A stretch of DNA of 64,000 bases from Utricularia gibba (lineage: Eukaryota; Plantae; Magnoliophyta): contig NEEC01000018.1 in NCBI GenBank assembly GCA_002189035.1, forward strand, positions 2,294,001-2,358,000. Direction: 5' to 3'. The notes beneath the pieces were generated by a model. The model saw nothing but the letters and a program-made list of their open reading frames with translations. It was not told the origin of the DNA and searched no databases. Below are positions 24,585-36,370 of the stretch, piece after piece (the first letter of the stretch is position 1; each line of letters begins with the position of its first letter). The position numbers and the translations under genes are program-made.

Positions 24585-25900
24585 TATGGGATTCTATGTA
24601 CATAGATGTCGAGTAAACATGATTTCGATAAAATATGAAATCCCCGTATTATACATTATTAGAATTTGAAGATGTATCGCATGAAAAAAATAACCATCTT
24701 ATGACCGATTGAATTCGCATGGGATTCGAAGGTGTCAAATAGACATAATTTCGACAAAATGTGAAATCTCCGTATCACACATTATCGGAATTTGGACATG
24801 TGTCAATTATTACGTGAAAAAATGACCACTCTATGACCGATTGAATTCGCATGAAATTCAATATGCATAGGTGTCGAATGTACATGATTCCGACAAAATG
24901 CGAAATCTTGGTATCCTCTATTATTAGAATTTGGCCATGCGTCATTTATTGTGTCAAAAAAATGTCCACCCTATGACAATTGAATTCATATGAGATTCGA
25001 TGTACATAGGTGTCAAATAAATATGATTCAGATAAAATACAAAATTCCCATATCACACATTATCAGAATTTGGCTATGTGCAAGTTATTGCGTGAAAAAG
25101 ATGACCATCTTATGATCGATTGAATTCACATGAGATTTGATGTACATAGGTGTTGAATAGACATTATTTCAACAAAATACGAAATACCGATATCATCTAT
25201 TATCATAATTTCACCATGTGTTATTTATTGTGTCAAAAAAATGACCACCGATTGATCGATTGTATTCACATGAGATTCGATGTATATAGGTGTCGAATAG
25301 ACATGATTCCGACAAAGTATAAAATTATCGTATCACACATTATTAGAATTTGGGCATGTGTAAGTTATTGTATAAAAAAAATAACAACCTTATGATCGAT
25401 TGAATTTACATGGAATTAGATGTACATAGGTATCGAATAGACATGATTTCAACAAAATACAAAATCCTGATATCATCTATTATCATAATTTCACCATGTG
25501 TTATTAATTGTGTCAAAAAAATGACCACCATTTGATGGATTGTATTCGCATGAGATTCGATGTACATAGGTGTCGAATAGACATGATTCTAATAAAGTAT
25601 AAAATTATCGTATCACACATTATTAGAATTTGGGCATGTGTCAGTTATTGTATAAAAAAATAACCACATTATGATCGATTGAATTTACATGGAATTCGAT
25701 GTATATAGGTGTCGAATAGACATGATTATCACAAAATATGAAATTTTTATATCATATATTATTAGAATTTGATCATGTGTCGGTTATTGTATGAAAAAAA
25801 TAACCACCCTATGACCTATTGAATTCACATTGGATTCGTTGTGAATAGGTGTCGAATATACATGATTACGCCAAAATGCGAAATCCTCATATCATATATT
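24585..25900. repeat. Tandem array of ~10 diverged 139-140 bp AT-rich units with an alternating A/B dimer structure
   Basis: The anchor GGTGTC/GGTRTY recurs at 24731, 24870, 25009, 25149, 25289, 25429, 25569, 25708 and 25848 (spacing 139-140), with a degenerate first copy near 24604. The consensus includes GATTCGATGTACATAGGTGTCGAATAGACATGATT and TATGATCGATTGAATTCACATG. Confidence 0.95.
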
Positions 25901-26215
25901 AATCTACATAATCCATATCTTGAGTACTTTTAATATATTGTAATTTCTCATCCTACTCCATGGTGCGCGCAAATATTATATATATATACCCTTACAGGGT
26001 TCCTAAGGGCGTTGCAGGATCTGCTCTTGGGATCGAAGTTTCTTTCTTCCCTTGTAATAAAAAGAAGAGAGATACGATGAATACTGAGCATCCGAGACTG
26101 GAATCGATGCCCGATTTGGCTTACGACCGAGGTTAGAATACTGTAGTCTCCTGTTTACGCTGTTGCGCTGTATCAGCCTCCCGAGATTCGTAGACTTAGA
26201 ATTAGCAAGCCCCCC

Positions 26216-26536
26216 ATGTGTTCGATATTCAACAAGAATAAGGCCAACCGGCGGCTGCGAGTGGCGCCGGTTGGATGTTTTACGGTTTACGTTGGACCGG
26301 AAAAGCAGCGGATGGTGATGAGGATAGAATCCGTGAATCACCCGCTCTTCAGGACGCTGCTGCAGGAGGCGGAATCGGTGTATGGGTTTCAGAGTGAGGG
26401 GCCGTTGATGATTCCATGTGAAGTTGATCTGTTCTGTAAAGTGATGGCGGAGATAGACGACGACGGTGGCCAGAGTTGCTGCTGTGCGCCGCCGCTGAGG
26501 GTTTCTGCCGGCTCCTACCGTCGTCTTACCAAATGA
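26216..26536 (+). CDS. SAUR: SAUR (small auxin-up RNA) family protein
   Basis: Single exon with the SAUR core VAPVGCFTVYVGPEKQR...VNHPLFRTLLQEAESVYGF..EGPLMIPCEV. TATA-like (TA)n run at ~25975-25988. Confidence 0.92.
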   Translation: MCSIFNKNKANRRLRVAPVGCFTVYVGPEKQRMVMRIESVNHPLFRTLLQEAESVYGFQSEGPLMIPCEVDLFCKVMAEIDDDGGQSCCCAPPLRVSAGSYRRLTK

Positions 26537-27005
26537 ATTGAACCCTGCCGTGCATCTCGAACATAGGGACGGTTTTTTGTCCTTTGTGATTATTACAGCC
26601 TATTATAGCATGTACTGCTTAATATTGAAAAATGACATATATACTTTTATATTTCGTTCAATATTATAATAAGAATATGTAAATTATTTTTATATATTAT
26701 TTGTCATTTTTATTTCAGTCGAGTGGTTGAAACATCGCAGTGTGTTCAATTTCAAAGTGGCGTTGTCATGGAGGCGGCCGCACGCCTTCCCTTTTGCATG
26801 CACCTTGGTGGGCCCGCCCTGTTTGCTAAACAGTTAAATCAGCCACCTGATTCGTGGATCATGGGGTGGCGCACACGCCTCTCCGTGGTCTTCCACACAC
26901 AGGATTAGACGAAGCGGCACACGACGTTTCTGATATCTTATTGGAATACATTGTATGGATTCTACTTTACACACCAGTTTATGCACACGTGCAAAGAAAC
27001 CCCTT

Positions 27006-28473
27006 CTACTCCTTCTTGGTCTCGGAAGAAGTCCTTACCGACTCCGGGTACATCAGATGCTTCGCCCCTGTGAAGTCCATTATCTTCTTCCGAAGGTTTC
27101 CCTCTCGCCGGTTCCTGAGAGGCACAGCAACCGGTACGCCCAATCCACCACTTCCGGCATAAGCAGCCTCCAGGCGTACGTCACCTTCACCCATGAAGGC
27201 GTCGTCACGGACCTGTCGCCGCGGAGGGCGCTCCGAACTATGGACTTGGCACAGCTCTCCGTTCTCTGCATCGGGATTACATTCACTTGTACCTGCATTG
27301 CAATGTGAAATGCAAGATATAGACGGCGAATCATTGTTCTCAACATTCAGGGCAGCATTCTGGGTATTGAGTAGGAAAAAAGAAAGAAAGAAAGCTGCTT
27401 ACATCTCTCATCTCCTGGTCAACTACGACATTGCCTTCCTTGTCGATGAACTTGCCCATGGTCATCTCGGATTCGATGAAACCGGGAGTAGCGATCGTTA
27501 TCCCGATATCTGGGCCGAATTCCACTCTCAGCGTCTCGAAGAACTGGGTCACTGCAGCCTTGGACGCCTGTCGGAACAGCAAGCCGTTGTAAAAACATGT
27601 AGTTTTTTCAATACAAGTAGTAAACAAACTGACATTGTAGAAACTCATTCTTGGCGCAGGAAGCCACGAAGCTGATGAAGAAATCACTACTATCCGGCCT
27701 CTGCTGTACCTCAGGTACGGCACCGCGTAACGTGACATGTAAACACACCCCCAGAAGTTTGTATCCTGTCCTCGACAGTGAAAGAAATTACTGTAATGTA
27801 ATGAAAACACAGGAACTTGAAACATAAATATAGGATGATACCATGACGCCCCTGAATTTAGTCACGTTATCAGCTTCTTCGAACATGGAGATCGACGCTA
27901 CTCCTGCATTGCTCACTAGATGGTCCACTGCCACGATTTTCAGACAATTCAATCAGAAAAAAAAAAAAAAACCACAAGAGACTAATGCTTTATTACAAAG
28001 TTGGCTCACGTCTTGCGAAATGGTTCATTGTCCGATCAATGACTTTTCGACAGTCATGAGGATTCGAAACGTCCGTATGCTCGACGATAACTTCCGGCGC
28101 CCCGAGTTGCCTGGCCCTTTCCGCCACTTCCTCCAACCTCTTGTCTCGCCGTGCAGCGAGAACCAAGCGAGCCCCTCGCTTGGCATACTCATACGCCACG
28201 CTCTGCAAGAAAAAGCACAGCCAAACATATATAACGCACAAGCTACACGACATAAGTGATGAAGCGTGAAAGCTTATGTGGTACTTCTCCTATCCCGGAA
28301 GAGGCGCCGGTGATGAGCACCACTTTGTCTGCTAGGTCTTCTGGGAAAAGGGTACCCGAAACGGAGAGGAAAAGCTTGAAGAACTGAAAGGGGGGAAAGA
28401 AGAAGAGAAGCGTGAAGAAGGTGAAACAGGGCAAGGCGAGATTGAGGAAGGCGTGGATGAGATCTGTAGTCAT
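27006..28473 (-). CDS. HSD1: 11-beta-hydroxysteroid dehydrogenase-like SDR (steroleosin); apparent 1-nt deletion in the last exon
   Basis: Exons 28473-28285, 28202-28010, 27927-27842, 27765-27634, 27567-27403 and 27292-27006. Has an oil-body anchor with a proline-knot-like FFFPPF, KVVLITGASSGIGE, LDHLVSNAG and catalytic YNASK. The conserved tail KKIMDFTGAK is in the -1 frame after ~27090. Confidence 0.92.
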
Positions 28474-28545
28474 TGCTTCGGTTTCTTCTCCGGAAATCAA
28501 ATGAACCCATGTTCAGATCAATCTAGAATTATTTATTCAGATGCC

Positions 28546-28838
28546 TGCATGGAGCTGAAGCGACACGTATTTTAATGGAAGCGGTGGAGCGATTTTCATC
28601 TCTTTTCATTGTGGCCTGTCAGCCCGACGCAAGACACAGGTGGTGATCAATGCGCCACACAAAGAATAACCAAATTGGAATATTAAAAAAATTATTGAAT
28701 CTTTTTTTTATAGCCCAATTATATTTTTAATAAAACTGACTTTAGAATATGTTTTTAACATATAATTTTTAAGGTCACCATGTCCTTGCAAATTTCCAAT
28801 TTAAAGGCACACAACCAGAGTAGCAAAACACATGCATG
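28546..28838 (-). promoter_or_regulatory. RY and ABRE motifs upstream of the steroleosin gene
   Basis: CATGCA (minus) at 28546-28551, ACGTGTC (minus) at 28562-28568, and CATGCATG at 28831-28838. Motif matches only. Confidence 0.5.
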
Positions 28839-28883
28839 CATACGTAATACAGATCATGGATGGTGACATCATCGTATTGATGC

Positions 28884-29446
28884 TCATGCAGCCATCATTT
28901 GGTGGAACTCTCCATAGCCAAGTTCTCCTTTCCCTTGAGAATCCAGGCCTCGGATCATAGCAACACAGTCTTCGTACGATTTGGGGTCCCCCAGCTGCCT
29001 GAGAGCCCTCTGCAGGCTCTTCGCCGTGATCCGCCCCGACCCCTCTCGACCTCGAAAACTCCGAACGCCGCCTTCATGTCCTCCTCACGCTCCAACTTAC
29101 TTTCCTCATCCTCCATCAGCCTCTTGAAATCCTTCATGCAGAGAAGCCTGTCGTTGTCCTGATCGAAATGGTCGATTATCGCCTGCGCGTCCTCGCGTGA
29201 CATGTGATCCCCGATCGACGCGAAGTAGGATCGGAGCTCCTCCGCAGAGATCTTGCCGTCGTTGTCGACGTCGAAGCGGGAGAAGACGTCCATCAGCTCG
29301 TCCTGCCTCTTGCGCCGAGGTGCGGGCGGTGGTTGGGCGATCGGGGGCGGCGGTGAACGGGGAGTCGAGCCGGAGGAGGTGGATTTTGGCTTTTGGCGAT
29401 TGGCTTTCTTGGGCGTCAGGCCGCAGAAGCAGTCGACTGGCTCCAT
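28884..29446 (-). CDS. Calmodulin-like EF-hand protein (CML41-like), single exon; apparent 1-nt deletion
   Basis: EF loops DVDNDGKISAEE and DQDNDRLLCMKD. The third and fourth EF-hands (GSGRITAKSLQRALRQLG...DSQGKGELGYGEFHQMM, stop at 28884) are in the -1 frame after the C run at 29040-29043. Confidence 0.88.
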
Positions 29447-29716
29447 AACTGGTTTCTGGTTGTGGTTTTCTTGGTGGTGATGGGATTTATAGGCGTGCAT
29501 CGAAGAGTAAGTGTGGATGATGACGTCATGCAAAAACCAAGTTGAAGGAAGTTACATGGAAGCTTCATGGGGCCAAGTTGACCTCAGGAAGACTTTAATA
29601 TAGATGTCGTGCACGTGTCTCAACTGTCATAAAATATAAATAAAATTAAAAAATAGCATATATTTCTCTAAATAGGATCTCCAGCAAATCGTATATTATA
29701 TTTATAGTTATATTGT

Positions 29717-29809
29717 TGGGCTCCGCGTAGGGGTCTGGTGTTGGGCCTTCAGGCTCAAACAAACGATTTATCATGGGCTGAATGTGGCCCAGTACTTGTG
29801 AGTTGGGCT
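29717..29809. promoter_or_regulatory. Cluster of five site II (TGGGCY) motifs between the divergent CML and MTP5 genes
   Basis: TGGGCT 29717, TGGGCC 29742, TGGGCT 29774, GGCCCA 29786, TGGGCT 29804. Confidence 0.55.
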
Positions 29810-29998
29810 TCTCGAGTATAAAGACTGAATAAATAGCGCACTTGCCTTGTTTTTCAAACTGGTATATCTTACCGTTCTGAAGACCGAAGACCGGAACACA
29901 TCCGCATGTTTTGCTTCTCCGAGATCTGAGAAGAATTATGTTACGTGTATGCGGTGGGAGATCCTACTGAAATCGGTTCGAGGGTCTGCCACTGGAGG

Positions 29999-32584
29999 AT
30001 GGGTAGCAATTTGAATTCTCCACATCCTTACAGTGGCGATTTCAGTTTCGGGGAGAGTAGGGATCGGAGACTTGCCTACAATCGCCAATTCGGCGGCATG
30101 AATAGCGATTACCTGGTGGATTCGGTGTCCTCTTACTCCAAGGATTCGCGTGATGAATTTTGCAATACTTCTTTTGCCCGTTTGATACTGAGGGGATTGA
30201 GGTCAAGAAACAAGCACATGAGGCGACTGTTCGTGTTGATATCGCTGAATGTTGCGTATTCGACTACTGAGTTGTGCATTGGACTCTTTTCAGGACAAGC
30301 TGGTGGGGAGCTTTTCGATTCACTTCGATTTCGTTTTTGTGCTTTGGTATCTCGAATTATGATTCTGTGCTAATTTTTGCTTTGAGGGATTGCGTACCTG
30401 AACTACATGGTCATCGATTAGTTGAAAATCAGTGTATTTCCTCATATTTATATTTCTGAGTGGCCCCAAGTGAATGGTGTAATGTAAAGATCATTCAGAA
30501 TGAGTTAATATTTCCTCATATGTATATGTATCACAGGACAAGGTCATGGTGCCTATGGGTTTCATTTTTTGAATCACATGCTTAAGTCAACTGTTTTCTG
30601 AATCTGCCATTTGATATATGTTTCCTATGCTCTGTCTTTCAGGACTGATATCTGATGCTTTCCATTTGACATTTGGTTGTGGTCTATTGTCATTTTCATT
30701 GTTTGCGATGATCATCTCTCGTGAAAGGCCTGATCACGTATACACATACGGGTATGGTGGTCAATTTTGTTCTTTACTCACACAATTCAGCTCTTTTCTT
30801 ATGAATTCCATCTACTGAGTCAGCTGTCAGGAACAGGTGTATAGGCTTACTGAGTTCTTTCTTTTCCTTTCCAGACGATTATGTCATGCGTCATTCATTT
30901 CAGTTATAAGTTACTTCTGGATGTCATATTCTTACGATCTACTAGAAATTGTTACTAGATGAAGTGTCACTTCTGTAATCAGTTATCCTTTTGGAACAGG
31001 TACGGAAGACTAGAAGTCCTAGCTTCTTTTACTAATGCTGTAAGTGCATATCCTTCCAATGTTCTCGTGGATTCAAAAAAATTATAGCACTGTTCTTAGC
31101 ATGTTCCTAACCTGCTTATCAATTTCATTTGATCATTTTCATCTGTGTTATTGCATAGGCAGGTGTTTTTGTTGTTCATGTCGTTCTCCCTAGCTGTGGA
31201 AGCTCTTCATGCGTTCATACAGGATGAGTCTGAGCACAAGTAAGTAGGGTATATTGCATTGCTGAATTTTTGTTTTTCATTCTACTTTAGGCTCCATGGA
31301 ACCCAGGATTACTTTAAAACTGAGATTCTTGTATAGAAAAATGAACTCGTGGTAAGTTTGAACATTGCTATCATTATGGCGTAGATTGCTAAGTTTGTTA
31401 AGGTATTAGATTTCATGCATGCTAGCTGATGATGCTCTAAATCCGATGAAGAAAATGGGAATACTTAATTTGTGTCGAAATGCCTGTAGCTCCAGCAACT
31501 GTTTAATTCTTTATTTTTTTTAGGTTTCGGAATTTTGTTGGGTTATGTTTTTTTTGAACCTTACATTAACAAAAACTTGGTTTAGGCATTACCTGATCAT
31601 CTCAGCTGTCTCAAATTTGCTGGTGAACCTCATTGGTGTTTGGTTCTTCAGGAATTATGCACGAGTCAATCTTGGTGCAGTCCCTCTCCATGTTTATTCT
31701 ACTTATCCCATGTTTATATGTATAAAATTGTGATAAGATTTTTGTTACTGAGCTTCACTTACGTGCTACATTTTTTGGAACTGGATTTTATAGCTGCATA
31801 TGTTCTTGCTTGAACATTTTCTCCATGCAGTGTACAGAAGTGCCGAAGATATGAACCATCATGCTATTTGCTTGCACGTTCTTGCTGATTCCATTAGAAG
31901 GTATGTGAAACAGAGAGGTTTAACTATTGTGATATGTGCAGTATCCCTCGATCTTAAGCCTGTTTGCTTCTACTTTTCCACAGTGCAGGGTTAATCATGG
32001 CCTTGTGGTTACTAAGCCTTGGGTAAGTGGTCTATGGAGGATTCATAGCTCCTCAACATCACGTTGTTGCTGACATTTTTTTTATATATATATTTTACGT
32101 AGGGTGGAAAATGCCGAAGTGATATGTTTAGGACTGGTTTCAGCGACAGTGTTCATGCTAATCATGCCCCTTTTCAAAGCTGCTGGTAGTGTCTTACTAC
32201 AGATGTCTCCTTCCGACATCCACACTTCAGCTTTCAGCAAGTGCTTGAGACAGGTATGATCTCGCTTCTGCCCCATCTGCTACACGAAATTCATGGACCA
32301 ACCGATGCTTCGTTCGATTTGGAAGATGTGCTCCCATCAAGATATCGTCGAGGTTTCTCAGGCACGGTTCTGGGAGCTAACTCCTGGTCATGCAGTTGGA
32401 TCTGTTTCCCTCCAGGTACGCTACAGAAACACCCGGCTCGATGTATCTAGGCCTTGAATTAATATACATGCCCACGATGCTTATGCAGTTGAAGAGAGGC
32501 GTGGATGAGAACGAGATACTCCAGTATGTGCATGGCCTGTACCATGACATCGGTGTCCAGGATTTGACCGTACAACTAGATTAG
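29999..32584 (+). CDS. MTP5: Metal tolerance protein of the CDF family (MTP5/MTPc2 type), 10 exons
   Basis: Exons 29999-30302, 30643-30751, 31000-31039, 31163-31239, 31586-31674, 31831-31900, 31984-32022, 32103-32253, 32326-32415 and 32489-32584. Motifs LISDAFHLTFGCGLL, YTYGYGRLEVLASFTNA, HAICLHVLADSIR and ARFWEL. Confidence 0.92.
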
Positions 32585-33095
32585 CCCTGTGTTTGTGCAT
32601 GAGAGAGCTACTCACTCTTTGACTGTACATTTATTCACCCAGGGAAATCCTCTCCCCAACTTGGAAAAGCAGGAAACCAAGTCGCCATTTTGCGAAATTC
32701 GCACATGGTATTGATATTAGAAACGGGAAAATGAAAACCCCCAAAATGAAAATACGAAACGAACTACCACCTAAAAACATAAAAAAAAAAAAAAAAGAAA
32801 GAGAAAACCTTGGCTTGAGAAGGGAAAGGGCAGAGGTGGCGATAAACATTCGGCAACTTCTGAGCAATGGATGAGAACAAAACATGGGCCCGGTTTCCTC
32901 GCTTCCAATTTTGACCTATCCTCGATTGAACATCTGCTCTCCACGTGTCCCTTAAATCAACGGCTAAGATCATCTCTGCTTCTTCGTGTCCCTCTCTGGC
33001 ACTCCATCAAAAAAAGCAGCAGATATTACATTATCATTCTTTTTTTTTTGTTTCCAGCGTCTGGTAAGTGTGATCGTTTTTGTATCTGAGCCGCA

Positions 33096-34871
33096 ATGGT
33101 TTTCGAGGATGGGGAGACGCCTAGAAGCCCAGAGGCGGAACTTGGAATGCAAGTTGAGGATCTGTGGGATGTGCAGGAGCCGCAATTGAGCCCGACCGAG
33201 AAACTCAATGCTTGCTTTGAGAGCATTCCCGTGTCTGATTTTCCTGCTGCCCCCTCGTCGCAAGGTCACTCTTGCTAGCCTAGTTTACGGTTATTCTCTC
33301 AATTCAGCTGGTGTTTGGCTGTTGATTGTTGTGGGTTTTTGTTTCCAGTTGTTGAAATAAGATCGGACTCTAGTTTGGCGGAGGCGGTGAGGCTCCTGGC
33401 CCAGAACAAGATTTTAAGTGCACCTGTGGTGGATGTCAAGGCTGCGGAGGATGCGAGTTGGATCGACAGATACATTGGTGTCGTCGAATTTGCCGGGATC
33501 GTCGTTTGGATTTTGCATCAGGTTGGGAAGACACTGGGGAACAACATCATCATTATTGTATCGTACAAGAGCTTGATTTCATTATACTGTTTTGGTTGCA
33601 GTCTGAAAATATGGAAGGGAGCAGCGATTCTGTAGACATTTGGGGAGGTGATGATGTTGCTCCTGCAATTGCAGCAGCGGCAGCTTCAGGTATGTCTTCT
33701 CCGAGGTTCAGGAGCAAGCATCCTGAGTCCCCGACTGCAACTAGTGGGAACTTCTTCGAGACCCTCACTTCTTCTACCTTGTACAAGAACACAAAGGTGA
33801 GGTCTTCGCTTTGCCTTGATCATTTCCGCTCATTTAAACTCATTATAGATGAAAACCATCATTTCTTGGAAAGTATTCTTTGCCCTGCTGCATTTTTGAA
33901 GGAACTCATGTTTGTTCCATGCTTGGCTTGGCTATGTAAACCTTGGGTCAGGTGGGAGACATATCCGGGTCATTCCGGTGGGCGCCATTTTTGGCTTTGC
34001 AAGGATCCAACTCGTTTTTGACAATGCTGTTGCTGCTGTCCAAGTACAGAATGAAGAGCATCCCTGTTGTGAGTTCAGATGGATCCAAGATTGACAGCAT
34101 CGTCACTCAGAGTGCTGTGATTCATATGCTCCAAGAATGCGCTGGTTTGCCCTGGTTCGAGAGCTGGGGCTCCAAGAAGCTCTCCGAACTTGGCCTCCCC
34201 CTGATGAAATCCAGCCGCTTAATAAAGGTACCCCTCTGAAAATACAAAAACTCTTGCTCTCTTGCTTGTGATCGTTGAAATGCCAAAATTTAAACGGAAG
34301 AGAACAGGACTGATTTGGCGACATGGCAGGTATATGAAGATGAACCAGTACTCCAGGCCTTTAAGGTGATGAGGCAGAAGGCTGTGGGAGCAGTCCCTGT
34401 TGTTGCTAGAGATGAAAGTGGGAACAAGGCGATTGGGAACATAAGTATCAGAGACATACAGTTTCTTCTCATAGCGCCAGAAATCTACAAGGATTACAGG
34501 TATGAGTTGGTTTTGATACTGTTTTGTCTAAGCAGCAGAGCAAAATTGAGATAGCTTATGCAATCTGAGACAGGTCAATCACTGCAAAGAACTTCTTGAC
34601 ATCAGTAAGAAGTTACCTGGAGGATAATGAGAAGGAGTCCCCGTTGGTGAGTGGAATGGTGACATGCAGGAGAAGTGATACACTGAAACAAGTGATATCA
34701 AAACTAGATTCGATGAAAATCCATCGCATATATGTGATGGACGAGGATGAGAATCTGGAAGGTGTGATCACTCTGAGAGACATAATTTCAAGACTGGTGC
34801 ATGAACCTCGTGGTTATTTTGGAGATTTCTTTGATGGTGTCCTGCCTCTTCCTGCAAATAGCCGAGTATGA
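33096..34871 (+). CDS. KING1: CBS-domain protein, SNF1-related kinase regulatory subunit gamma-1-like
   Basis: Exons 33096-33264, 33349-33521, 33602-33796, 33952-34227, 34330-34499 and 34574-34871. Motifs SPRSPEAELGMQVEDLWDVQEPQLSPTEKLNACFESIPVS, ILSAPVVDV, SFRWAPFLALQ and EPRGYFGDFFDGVLPLP. Confidence 0.93.
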
Positions 34872-35088
34872 GATTCATTCAGAAAGCCAACCTTCTTCCC
34901 CTCCGGTGTTGTTCTGTGTTGTGGCCGAAGTACGTGCATGTGTTCTGTCAAGGCACTAGTCATAGTTTACTATGGCTTGGGGAGGAGCAACTAGTCATAG
35001 TTTCAGTTTCTTCATCGAGGAGCTTTTCAAGTCAGTTCGAAAGCGAATGTGAGACAAAATTGTTTTAATGTGCAAACGGAACAAGCAG

Positions 35089-35964
35089 CTAGGTGAGTTG
35101 CCTAGGCTTCACATATCCTAATTCGATCAGCTTATGAACTAGTTTCTTCTCAGCATTTACCTGAAGCCACAAAAATGAAAGTGGCATTGCCATGTGCTGC
35201 AATTCAAGAATAAACTGTAGAAAACGTGAATGAAAGATCTCACCTCAAACATGGGAGCGTTCTTGGGTAAGTTGCAAGCAAGAACGATGCTAAGGCCAGT
35301 CTTGAGCACTGGAAAACCAACCCGAATCAATGATGATGGCGTAGCAATAGCGTAACACAAAACGCATTACCTAATCGACGAGCAATGTTCATCCCGGTGT
35401 TATCAGCACACCCGCCGATCAGCGTCGTCACGCCCACAGAAGTGTACTGTTCTTACACTAGCAATGAGACAGATGGATATACCAGGAAATGAATCAAAGC
35501 ATGGTTAATCAAAATTCACCAACTCACTGAACGTGCAGGCGGTGCAGTAGCGTACAAATGGCCCAACTTAGAAGAGTCGTTGCAGCCGATCCACACATAA
35601 ATCTGGATTAACGAAAGAGTTAACGCATAGCAAAAAGATAAATCAAACTCCACCCCACATAAGAAAATCGTGGTATTCTTGCGAAAGGAGACTGCTTGTT
35701 CTGAGTTCTGAAAAAACCCCACGCCAAATATTTAGCATCATCCCTTCTGCACCATTAGAAAGAAAGAAAAACAAAGCGACTTTTTTACCGGAGTTGCGGT
35801 ACCTGCTTTTGAAGGCGAATTATCTGAAAATGGAGAACACCATCATCTGATGGCTCTGAAAAGCACGTAACTTCCACTCCATCCTGAAGCTCAGGGTTTT
35901 TCCCAGAAGCAGCAGGCTCGCTCCCGATCCCATCAATCGGATGTCTTCGTTTTAGGTCATCCAT
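35089..35964 (-). CDS. PAC4: Proteasome assembly chaperone 4 (PAC4/PSMG4)
   Basis: Not present as a single ORF in the track. Spliced exons 35964-35803 (VEVTCFSE..LHFQIIRLQKQ), 35602-35528 (IYVWIGCN..KLGHLYA), 35446-35371 (ADNTGMNIARRL), 35308-35244 (VLKTGLSIVLACNLPKN) and 35160-35089 (AEKKLVHKL) join in frame. Confidence 0.88.
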
Positions 35965-36370
35965 CCCTCAGCTACCAGGATTCAGATTTCAGAGGGCAAC
36001 CTCCGAGCCACGAGAGGGCCAAATTTGAAAGTTATGTTGGGCCACTGTTTGTGGGCTTGTAGTGTACTGGCCCACACACATGGTAAAAAAATAAGGCTGA
36101 TGCTATTTACCCAACTCCTGCATCTTTTCCTTCTTCATCAGCACTCTGGGGTCTTCAGTGTCCTCTCTTCCTTCGTCTCCTGCAAGAATAAGAGTACCTG
36201 AGAAAAGAGGACTTTGGGAAATGGCTCTTCGATTCTACGGAAAGCAGGTTTGTCAAGGGTTTCAACGCTGTTCTTGATGATTTTGGCGTTCTTTTTACTG
36301 GTGAAGCCACTCCGGGTAGGAACTTCGCATTTGATCTTAAAGTGAAGCCCATCGTTCTTCCGAGAAATCG
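35965..36370. promoter_or_regulatory. Putative bidirectional promoter between PAC4 and PIG-U
   Basis: Head-to-head ATGs ~406 bp apart, with site II motifs at 36038, 36052 and 36069. Confidence 0.6.

Noticed and set aside
25150-25395. 81-aa ORF in the tandem array
   Set aside because: Chance ORF within repeat units.
24585-25900. Array as a CRISPR-like locus or Helitron
   Set aside because: Eukaryotic context, whole-unit tandem repeats with no unique spacers, and no TC...CTRR ends with hairpin or CACTA TIRs found.
26090-26215. Possible frameshifted N-terminal extension of SAUR (LLRCISLPR) through a C6 run
   Set aside because: That frame has a stop at 26085 and no ATG; the similarity is too weak.
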